Source of the DNA: Amphiscolops sp. MND2022
Lineage: Eukaryota
Direction: 5' to 3'
Assembly (NCBI GenBank): GCA_964187785.1
Contig: OZ076409.1
Span: 99,884,001-99,948,000 of the forward strand
Length of the DNA: 64,000 bases
The position numbers and the translations under genes are program-made. This document shows, one piece after another, positions 1 through 10,600 of the stretch (the stretch's first letter is position 1; each line of letters starts with the position of its first letter). The notes beneath the pieces are model-generated. The model was given only the letters and a program-made list of their open reading frames with translations. It was not told the origin of the DNA and ran no database searches.

Positions 1-963
1 CGACAAAAAAGACGTAGAAATCAGTCTCTAGAACACGGTGATGTGCCCATCTTCGGAATTAACACTACATAGGTAGCAGAAACCGGTGTTCCGGATGCTC
101 GCCTGAAGATCCTGCGGTGTCCTGTGCGGTGACGAGCGCTAGCGCTGGGAAGCCATGGTCGATTCCTGTCAAATAACTCAAACTTCTGATATTATTATGC
201 TTGTTGTGCTTTCTTTATTGTAGTAGATTGATATGCTCGAGAGCTGCCCATTTAACATCTATAGTTACCCATTTTGATGTCGATTTTATCAGATTCTCCA
301 ATACTATGGCTCAACATTCTCCTGTTTTCAGCCCCCTTTTTGAAGGCTAATTGAGCAGTGGTCTTGAGACATGCAAGATGCCCGTTACTTTTAGCAGTTA
401 CAGACTAGGACCAGGCCAGAGAGTTTCCAACAAGACGGTTCCCCCACCTTGGGACTGGCTCCTTCGGAGGGAAAATGAGCTAGGGCCGCGGAGATCTAAG
501 TCCCAGATTATATTCGCTGTTCTAGTTCCTCCACTCTACGTTGCGGTTCAAGCGCCAGCGCTTATCGTTACAATATTTTTTTATTTCTCTAGAAGGTTTG
601 GCTGAAAAACCCATGAAACTGAACTTTCATATCGTCTAATATATCGGCAATATATAGTCAAGTGCCTTGCTTAAACGCTATGTATGAGAAACAACATTTT
701 CAAGCTATATAAAACGCCCTAAAACAAAGAAGACAGGAAAATGACTTTTTTTATAATTACCAATTTATGACTTTTCTGTACTTATTTTTAGCCATGTTTT
801 GTTTGGGCAAACAATCTTTGTCACCGAAACTTTTCGAGAACGCAATTTCCAAACAAAATTTAGCCCAAGGTTTTGCCAAAGCTTGTATGCAGAAAGCCAA
901 TTCACTGTCTTATACCGGTTGAAAAAATAAATCGTACAAAAATCGATTCCCCTACCTTTTTAG

Positions 964-1145
964 GTAATACCATCCCGTTGCGAGACGAGCCCGTGACTGC
1001 AATAACACAGATGGAAGCAGCGGCCATCGAATCTGAATTGAACGAGCTCGCGAGTCTATACCAACAAGGTTCACCCCCCTCTGAATTGATGGCGCCCAGT
1101 GTAGAAGCCGACTCGCAAATTACCAATGCCCCCGCTAACCCATGA
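964..1145 (+). CDS. Candidate terminal exon, unknown product
   Basis: CCTACCTTTTTAG acceptor at 963; open to TGA; GC-richer, protein-like composition. Confidence 0.3.
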
Positions 1146-2006
1146 GCCACATGGTGAATGATGGGTGGAGTAAAGGACAGACCCTCATTGTTCAATACAA
1201 AGACAACCAAGCTATCAAGAAACAAACCCCCAAACAGACCGATGCTTACGAAAGTGCAAATTATGTTAAATAGCAATGATAGTTCTCGTTGCAGCTCTAG
1301 TGTAATTTTTGTTAGCTATTAATTTTTCAATACCTTTGTTACTACCTGGTAGGTAAACAAACAAGCAACTTTGCAACGCAAAAAAGCCAGCAAAAGAGAA
1401 AATCGGAAGTGGGCCCTTCTGATCCAAGCGCATTCAAAATTATGTGGAAAAAACAAATCCAGCAGCTAACTGCTTAGTGAAAAAACAAGCTCATCTGCGT
1501 TAATGTTTCTCATCATGAGATTGACAACCGAAATTGCCTGTTTACTGTGCTGAGACTAATTAACTATTGAGTCTGATTTCAGACCTGTAGAAGGCTTCAC
1601 TCTAGTTATAGTTGACAGTTATGATTTAATCTTTGAAATGATTTGATAATTGGAAAGAAGGTTGTTTTGAAGAAAACAAAAAAGCTTCAAGAAACAAAAA
1701 GACGCATTGCAAACGTATCTCTTGTATGTTTCAACTTCAGAGCTACTTTTCTTCATTCTAGAAAAAATTTCATCCAAAACTTTCAGATGTCAAAGGAATT
1801 TTTATGAAAAAATTTTAACGTAGGTCTTTAAACGCCAGAAAAAGTAGTTTGTCCAACTGATTACTGTAACTGTTCAAAATTGTTAACTGAACTCTCTCAC
1901 CATTCAATTCTGTTCAGCCTTCCACAATTCTACGTTACTGTCAAGCTTTTCTGTGGCGATAACTTGCAACAAATAACCAAAGGAGGATGGAATTTTTGCA
2001 AACTTC

Positions 2007-2507
2007 AACAGACGGGAATGTCTCAAGTCTGCGCTATATCTATATATCTAAGGCTCAAATAAACTAGAAGGGGGACCCTTTGGAGACAAAAAAAATCGAA
2101 AAAAGTCTCACAGTGCTGAAAAAACCGAAAGAGGAGACCCTTTACACTCACCCAGCTTTGTAGGCTACGTTAAAAAAAGTTTTAAAAAAAACAAAGGGGG
2201 GACCCTTTGGAGACAGCAAACTTTTGAAAAGAATTCCGAAAAAAAGTCGCACAGTGCCGAAAAAAATCAAAAGGGGAGACCCTTTAGTCCCGTCCGGTTT
2301 TGTAGGTTACGTTAAAATAGTAAAAAAAAAACTAAAGGGGGGACACTTTGGAATAACTTAAATGAGTTTCCCGGGTATTCGTTTAGTTTCCTTTGGTTGA
2401 ACAAGCTGAACAAAAATTTCGTCGCAGTGAGTCTGTCTTAAAAAAAAGAAAAAAACGAGTGACTGTAATTGTCGGGCTCTTTTATTAATAAAAGCGCCGA
2501 CTAAAAA
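2007..2507 (-). mobile_element. DINE-1/Helentron-like non-autonomous repeat
   Basis: Shares CTAAGGCTCAAA, GTCGCACAGTGCCGAAAA, GGGGACCCTTT and terminal GCGCCGACTAAAA with other copies. Confidence 0.65.
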
Positions 2508-3326
2508 CAGGCCTGGCGTACATTACCTGAGTACTCCTATACTCTGGAACCAGTCGTTGCTGGTCCAAAAACACAAGATCTCACAATGCAACCACGATCT
2601 TTGGCGCTGCTCTAGCGAAAGACACATTGAATTCTACAACTCTGAAATCGCTTCCACTATCAGCTCAATCCAACGACACTAATGTTTCTCTTGTTCTCAT
2701 GCCAGCTCATTCTTCAATCGAACGCCTAAGACTAACCATTTTCGAATTTTATTGTAATATTTTACAAACTTTGAAGTTGTCCGAAATTCTCACCTGCATT
2801 GACACTACGAACAGTGATTTTCACTTGGAAGCTACGGTCTCTAAGTTTTACAACAACACAACGCAAACTGAAGAAGAAGGACAAAAGAACTTGGTATTGG
2901 GAGCCACTATTTTCCTAAAGTAAGCCAACACAGCTCCGATAAAGTAGTCCATGGCCGTTGTGGCTGAAATCTTTGAACAAAATGACCATATTACGCGTGT
3001 GATTGAGATTACAAAACGACATTACGTGAGACTAGTCCGTCGACTATCATGATTTTACCGGTACCGAAAAATTACAAAAAACAAAAAATTAAATCGTGAT
3101 AAATGCACCTAGTAATATGGTCGAAACCCAATACAACAAAGACCCAAAGAATGGACCGACCGTGTAGAAAAAATTTCTAAACGATAGGTAAGAAAAACTT
3201 GTTGTTACTGTGGAACAAAGCAACGTTTACAACTAGTCTCGACTACCAATCAGAAATCTTTCAACTTTTAGGAAACTACAAAAATACTTCAGCACAGTTC
3301 TTTAGTTTGTTTTATATGGTTGTTTT

Positions 3327-3724
3327 AAGTCGGCGCCTTTTCCCTTAAGGAAAAAAGCCCGACTATTACAGTGGGTAGTTTTTTTAAGCTGACAATCTCA
3401 CTCTGAATGGTCCACTTTTCTTACAATTCTTACAACCTTAAAATTATTACAATTCTTACTTACCTTACGAAGTAGTATTTTTACATCATCTAAGAAATTA
3501 AACGGGGCCAAAGGCTACTCCCGTAGAGTATTTGCGGCTCTGTGAGACTTTTTTCGAAAAAAATTCACCAAAGTGTCCCCAATTTTTTCGGCATTGTGAG
3601 ACTTTTTTCAAATTTTTTTTTCATAAAAGGGTCCCCAATTAACCAATACTTTGACATTTTGAAGTCCTTTTGCTATTTTTGAGACTTAGATATGGCGCCG
3701 TCTTGGGCCGGTCTCGGCTTGTTT
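3327..3724 (+). mobile_element. DINE-1/Helentron-like non-autonomous repeat
   Basis: T-run, subterminal AGTCGGCGC with nearby partial inverted CCCGACT, 3' GGCGCCGTCT, short stem-loop GGCCG..CGGCT, T-run. Confidence 0.65.
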
Positions 3725-4249
3725 GGGTTGTTCTAGTTCTTGATTATCCTTGATTTGGAGCTACCTTTGCTTGTTATTGTTGCACTGGTTTTACATTTCC
3801 AGGGGTATTAGGTCTCTGCTCTCTGGTTTAATATCTCTGGTCTAGCAAAGTTTCATGAAATTTAGTTTTCCCACAGCTTCTAAACCAATTTTGGTATCCA
3901 GTTTTTTGCCCAAAGATTTGTAGTTAATTTTTCAAATGATACTTTGTCCGGTTTGTTCAGGCTTTACCCGTTCAAGAAAGCTGATGATGGTTCACGCCGA
4001 ATAGTTTGAAATTTCCTAACATTCCAAAGCGTTTATTGACTTTTTTCCGAACTCGACTTTGCTCACTATTTCTCAATTCTATGTAAAAGTCAAAACACGT
4101 TTCACTGTTTTCCAATAAATCAAGTATTCAAAGTATTCGATCAGGTATCAAACGTCAAAACGTCGCTTTCGAGTCATCACAAGTTGTTCTTATCGAAAAC
4201 TCATGGTGTTTATTCTCGAAAATCAAAGCAGCAGTCCTTAAAAACCAAG

Positions 4250-6602
4250 TGTCACGACCCGCTCCCGGTCGTGGGTGTGAATGGTGTTTCGCCCTAGGAA
4301 GAGGCAGAGGAAGGGGATACTGCAAGTACCATTAAAATACTAACTAAACTAATATAATTCTACTTACAGTGCAGCTAAGATTATTTCGTAGATAATTTTT
4401 CAGAATAAGAATCTAACGTATGCGTCACGGAATATTTTGAGAAATGATTTTTAGCTAAAACTTCCGGTTAAAAGATTTCACGCCTAATAGATTTTCCATA
4501 TCCGGTTTAATCTTCTGAAGTTCTCCATACTGATCTAAATACCAAAATAGACATTTAACAACAGGGATTTTTCTTCAGTTCCACACTAAAATAAAACACA
4601 TTTAAAATCCCGCAATCCCAACGGAATCCATACGATCTAAAAGGAAAAATACATAAAAGACAGAGTTGTTTTGGTTTTTTCTGTGATAAAGTAGTTGTCA
4701 GTACCCACTTAAGGCGCAATCAAGTGACTTAAGAGAGTATTTACAACGTAATGACGGCGTCACTCTACTGAGCTAAAATTAGATATTCTACATTCGCGGA
4801 CTAATAACGTCACCTCCTCGGCAGGATTATTCTTAGCTAGCGCGAGCGGTATTGAATTCGGTTGCCCCTAGCAACGCCAATCAGAATAAGAGGGAAAGAA
4901 TGAATTCGCCTACGCGTTCCGCTCGCTTTCTGTCCACTCTGACCTACTATCTATAAGTAATCCTTATACGTACGTAGCAGTTACGTGGCGAATTGTAAAA
5001 TTGTAGTCCACCTCTCTACTATAAGCAATCTTAATACATACGAAGCATTTACGGAGTGGTTTGAGAACATATAGTTAGAAAAGAATGGAACGAATGAAAG
5101 TTTAAGAGAATTTTTCCTGGTTCATTATTAGCTAAGGAATTTCTTGATTAGGTTTTAGAGGAAAACAGCTGCACTGTAAGGAAGGATTATGAGAAGAACA
5201 AAGTTGTAATGTCCTGAATTCCATACTAATTTATTACGCCATTGCTATACCTTTTAAATACTATATTACGGAGTGTACCCGTAATTCATACCGATGCTTG
5301 CTTTGCAGTTCATGATCAGTTGATGGTGATGGATTTTGCACTAATCTTCGTAAACTTACGTCATGTTTTCTGTATGATAAAGGTTGTATTACTCAGGACC
5401 TAATTCCAAGTCACGGAGTGTATACGTAAATTATACTGATGTCTGTTTGATGCTAATTTTATAACCTAACCCTAAATATGATGATGAATGAATGATCCCG
5501 AAAGCAATTTCGGATTTGTACCAGTTTTGAAATGCCTTTGTTACATTGTTTTATTTTTATTCTTGTGCTGTTGCAGTTAGATAGTATTTGGGACATGATA
5601 CGGAGTATTCCCGTAACCCAAGTCAATTATTATGTTGGATTTCATGTTTGTTGTATACTGAAGTCAGTCTGCCTTAATGCCCATCAGCATCATTTGTTTC
5701 TCGTTTCAAATATTCTCAACGGCGAATTTTCAGCGACGTATCGTTTCCGTCACCATTTTTGAACATCATCTTTTTCCTCAAAATTCCAACTTCTTGAGTT
5801 GGATATTGACTAATAGTTCACGCCGGCGTGCTTACGCCGATGAAAATGTCAGTTAGACTTTCATTTTACCGCGGTTTTGAAGATCAAACAGGAAATGGAT
5901 TATCTGAACAAAAATGATTTCAACAAAGTCTCACGGAATGTTGACGCAACTAGGAATTTCGATACCTGAATTTATGACGCCAGACTGAAATAATTTGAAT
6001 CATCGGCGAATTTTGTTGAACAAACCCGATTTTTAAGATTCCTAGGACTTTTTAGGTGAGGAACAAATGATGCTAAGAAGGTATAAATATGTAGAGAGGA
6101 CATGTATTTTTAGTTGAACTTGAATTTGTTTCAAAATTTTGTTGCTCGTTGTAATTACGAAAACTCAAAATTTCTTTGAAGAATTTAATTCTTGCCAAAG
6201 ACTCTGATATCTCGACTTTGAAAATGACGACAAGGAGCCAGAAGAGAAAAGCTATAGCTGAGTTAGCGTCGGGAGATTTTGAAGCTTCTGTAGCTGAAAA
6301 TAACTCCACCGAAAACCTGATACCTAGCTCTAATAAAAACCCTAGACTTGAGCTTGAAAACCTGGAGGAAATAAAAACAACTCTGGGAAAAGAGATAATG
6401 ACTGATCTAACAAAAATATTAGCTGAAAATCAAAAGGAAATGCTCAAATTAATAGCACCTGCGAGCAAGAAACGCTCAGTTAATCCGAACTTGCAAGATT
6501 CTGATTCTGACCAAGAAAACATCTCCGTAGCAAGAACGTCCACCCCAGTCAAAACACAAACTGCGACTAGTTCTAAAACGACACCGAACAATAGTCGTAA
6601 CA
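4250..6602 (+). repeat. 5' LTR of Gypsy element
   Basis: Begins TGTCACGA, ends TCGTAACA; about 19 substitutions and no indels versus 18408-20760 (counted by eye). Confidence 0.97.
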
Positions 6603-7633
6603 TGGTGACAGGAGTCCTCAATGACTCCACTAACCAACCCACCAAAAGACCAAAAGCACAACGTATACTCAGCGAACAACCAAAAGACCGACCATCCACG
6701 TCAAAGATACTGTTCGCACCACAACCGCAGACGTTCCCATCTGCCCACCCACTTCCGATGCCGAAAGCCCTCACAGCTTCGCTTCCAGTTTTTGATGGTA
6801 AGTCCGAAAAATTTGAACTTTTTGAGGACTTGTTCCGAAACAATATTAAAATGTATCCCCACTTGACGGAAATCCAAAAAATCAACTACTTCCACTCACT
6901 ACTACGCGGGAACGCACTCCAAGCGTACTGCAACCTAGACGACACTAAAAAAGACAATCTGGAAGAAGTCATAACGGCTTTCAAACGACGTTTTGGCGAT
7001 TTTCAATCCTCTGCCAAAGCAAGATGCGAGTGGGACGCACTCCACTTTGATCCCACCAAACAAAAACTACACGAAGTCCTTGATATCCTACAAAAAACCG
7101 CGAAAGAAGCGTTTGGCTCTGAAGCACAGAAATTCATCGACAACGCAATCTACGCCAAAATGCCCGACCACGTAAAAAAGATACTCAACAGGGCATACTT
7201 AGAGGATAAACCCTACAATGATATAATTCTCCACCTCGAACGGGAAATGCGATTAAACGGACTAGGAGCGCCCGATGAAACCACCCTAGTCCCACTCAAC
7301 ACAGCCGACGCTGTAGTGACGGAAGACAAAAAAGACCAACAACAACGAGGTCATTGTTTCCATTGCGGAAAATACGGCCACTATAAAGCACAGTGCCGCA
7401 GGCTCCAGAGAGAACGCTACAACAACGCCAAACCTCCTACCAAAGACTTAAACCAAAGCGAAGCCCCCAAACCCAAGTGCAATACATGCGGAAAAATGCA
7501 CAAAACCGAGAATTGTTGGAACGGAGCAAATGCGGCAAATGACCCCAGACGAAAGAAGAGGGAATTCACCATCCCCACGGACAAAATCAGTGACGCCCCT
7601 GTCCCCACCGCCAACACCCAAACAAAAAACTAA
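6224..7633 (+). CDS. gag: Gag (capsid-like domain plus two zinc knuckles)
   Basis: First ATG at 6224 (MTTRSQKRK); LPVFDG..FE retrotransposon Gag motif; CFHCGKYGHYKAQC and CNTCGKMHKTENC knuckles. Confidence 0.93.
   Translation: MTTRSQKRKAIAELASGDFEASVAENNSTENLIPSSNKNPRLELENLEEIKTTLGKEIMTDLTKILAENQKEMLKLIAPASKKRSVNPNLQDSDSDQENISVARTSTPVKTQTATSSKTTPNNSRNMVTGVLNDSTNQPTKRPKAQRILSEQPKDRPSTSKILFAPQPQTFPSAHPLPMPKALTASLPVFDGKSEKFELFEDLFRNNIKMYPHLTEIQKINYFHSLLRGNALQAYCNLDDTKKDNLEEVITAFKRRFGDFQSSAKARCEWDALHFDPTKQKLHEVLDILQKTAKEAFGSEAQKFIDNAIYAKMPDHVKKILNRAYLEDKPYNDIILHLEREMRLNGLGAPDETTLVPLNTADAVVTEDKKDQQQRGHCFHCGKYGHYKAQCRRLQRERYNNAKPPTKDLNQSEAPKPKCNTCGKMHKTENCWNGANAANDPRRKKREFTIPTDKISDAPVPTANTQTKN
6603..6615 (+). 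other. Primer-binding site, tRNA-Leu-like
   Basis: TGGTGACAGGAGT directly after the LTR; one mismatch to TGGTGTCAGGAGT, the complement of the common eukaryotic tRNA-Leu 3' end. Confidence 0.75.
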
Positions 7634-7677
7634 AATCGCCGCGTCTACGGTTCGGGGGAAAAAAAGACGCGAGGGCG
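7624..7677 (+). promoter_or_regulatory. -1 programmed ribosomal frameshift signal (gag to pol)
   Basis: Slippery heptamer A_AAA_AAC (7624-7630) just before the gag TAA; 6-nt spacer; stem CGCC/GGCG plus GCGTCT/AGACGC (7637-7677); -1 frame open downstream. Confidence 0.8.
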
Positions 7678-10600
7678 TACACCATCGAAGACCCCCCAAA
7701 TAGATACGAGGAAGATTTCTTCACAGAATGCAACGAAGAACCGACACAGGACTGGCAACGTCGTTGGAACGTAGGCATGATACTTAGACACAATGCACGA
7801 CACCCAGAAGACCCAACACCACTACCCAATGGATAACGGAGTCGCCTGACAATTATGCCACACTGAAACGACCTCTGCCAGAATCCAAAACTGAACGAAC
7901 ATACATATATGACGTGGACTACAGATGTGATCCTTGGGACAACCCCCACATATACGACCACAACAAACTTGCTTTCAAAATCCAGATACCAAACCCACAG
8001 CCCCAGCCCAGAGAAACACATCATTTTCCACCACCGCCCTCACCGATATTGAAGAACTCAGGACCTTCCCCAACAGTGCCCGTCACCGTCACGTCCACGC
8101 CCATAAACGCAGAGGACATCATTTGCATTGAAGATAAAACGTTGTGGCAACAGAAGCCTGAAGACCCAACCATTGATTCATCATCTCCACCGCCCACACA
8201 GACAGCACCAGCCACAGCGATGACGAGAAGCAACGATGCAGAAATAGAATACCCAACATCACTACCCGACGACCTAGACGTCATCAAGGAATTCATACAA
8301 CATGACAAAGATGACGACTACATTCCGCTAATGTCAGCAATTACACTGAAAAAGAAAAAACGAATGCTTTTCTTACCAGTAGACTTCAATTCCGTCAAAA
8401 TAGACGCCCTCGTCGACTCAGGTGCATACATCAACGCCATTAGTGAAAGAGACGCCGAAAAACTCCGACAAGATGCAAACCAATGCATCATACACAAGGC
8501 ACCCCCACCCCCTTTCAAGGTACAATATGCTAATGCTGAACTCGAGCAACCTCTGGCAACGTATACATTACGTTTCAAAATTGGCAACTATACCTTTGAG
8601 GAAACGTTCATTGTCATGAACCAGATGTCCTTCCCCATCATCGGACTAGCATTCCTACGGAAACATGCCGCAATTCTTGACACTGCCCAGGGAACAATTG
8701 ACTTCCCGAAGATTCAAATTACGATGGCACTCACAGACGAAATGCAAAAATGCAATCTGAAACCTATCACCATTAAAACGGAAGCGAAACATACTATACC
8801 AGCACAAGCAACGCGAATATTATACGCAGTGATACCCGTGACAACAGAACACACCATCACAGGGACAATTCAGCCCCTACCACAATTCGACGAAAACTCA
8901 AAACTAATAGTAGCCCCAGCAATCACAACAGCCAGAAGCAAGAAAGTAGCAATCAAGGTCGCCAACACAACAGACTTCCCCTATACGATAGCTCCAGACA
9001 CCAAGATCGCGGAACTACAAATCCTCAAACCAGAAGAAACGAAACTGATACGGCCTGTAGACATCGCTGCACTCAACCTTCTAACAGAGCACGACGATGT
9101 AGTCACATACATCAACGCACTTATGCAAGTCGACAAACCCGAAGATATTGAAGAAAAATTCTGGTTCCCAACCCCAGACAACCCTGGCAATGAACAAGAA
9201 CACACCGCCATACAAAAACGAACTTTGAAAGAACTACGAGAACTTGCCGAACTAGAAAAACTAGATCCAACTGAAAACGCTGAATCTCGACACAAATTCC
9301 TTTCGTTATTCAAATGGACTGACTCACTAATTACGGGCAAAGACCGTGAAAACCTTGAAAGCACATTAGTCGAATTTAACGACATATTTGCCCGCCACCG
9401 TCTCGACATCGGAATGAACACGCAATTCAAAGTCAGCCTCACACCAAGAGATGATAAACCAGTATACACCCAGAGTCTACCAGTCCCAATCAATCTAAAA
9501 GAAGACCTGACAGTAGAGCTGGCCCTCATGCACAAATACGGCATCATCACGACACTCCCCTTCTCCAAGTACGCCAGTCCTATATTTGCACAACGGAAAC
9601 CCAACGGCAAACTGAGACTACTGGTGGATCTGCGCAAAATCAACGCACTCATAGCAGATGACTACATCAACAACAACCACCCCGTCAGCACCCTCTCAGA
9701 TGCGGCACAACACCTAGCTGGGAAAAAACTTTTCTGCAAACTCGACTGCTCCCAAGCGTACCACTGCCTTCAAATGGCAGATCAAAGGTCAGTAGAATTA
9801 CTTGCTTTTAACTTTGCTAGTAGAACGTTCGCCTACCGGCGCCTAGCCCAAGGACTAAGTAGAGCCCTCTCAGCCTTCTCAAGCTTCATGCGAGAGTACC
9901 TCGACGCAGTCATCAAAGCAGATCAGTGTGCACAGTATGTAGATGACATTGGTATTGCCGCAAATACGACGGAACAACTCATCAAGAACATTAGAGCACT
10001 TTTCAAATGCATCAGACAAGCAGGCCTGAAATTGACAATCGAAAAATGTCATTTCGGAGTTACACAAGTTGAATTCCTCGGCAGAACCATCACCCCAGAC
10101 GGAATAGCCCCGCAAGACTTTCTAAGTCAAAAACTTCCTTTCTAAAGTTCGATTCCCCAAGTCCAAAAAACAGGTTCAAAAATACATCGGATTCGTCAAT
10201 TATTATCGCAATTACATACCCCGCCTGTCCGAAAACTCATAGGCATGTACGAACTCCTAAAGGCCGACGCCAAGATCACAATATCCGAAGAACTCGTCGA
10301 CAACTTCAAAGAAATCAATGACAGCCTAGCAGAAGCATGTGGCCTCGCGCCCCTAGCAGGAAAGCAATACGTTCTCATGACGGACGCAAGTTTTCGCGCA
10401 CCTGGCTATGCCCTCATGATAGAAGAAATGCCCTCATGACGAAAAGAAAATACTATCCAAAAAGAAAACCTTCGCACCTGTCGCGTTTGGATCCCGTGTT
10501 TTTTCACCAGCACAACTGAAAATGTCAATCTATTGCAAAGAATTTCTAGCCATATATCACGCCTTCCTCGAATACAGCCATATATTATGGGAAGCGACAA

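Noticed and set aside
1..605. GC-richer patches at window start as exons
   Set aside because: A possible minus-strand acceptor exists near 168, but no frame or product could be supported.
5532..5762. 76-aa hydrophobic ORF in both LTRs (also 19690-19920)
   Set aside because: Identity follows from LTR duplication; T-rich composition explains hydrophobicity; no independent support.
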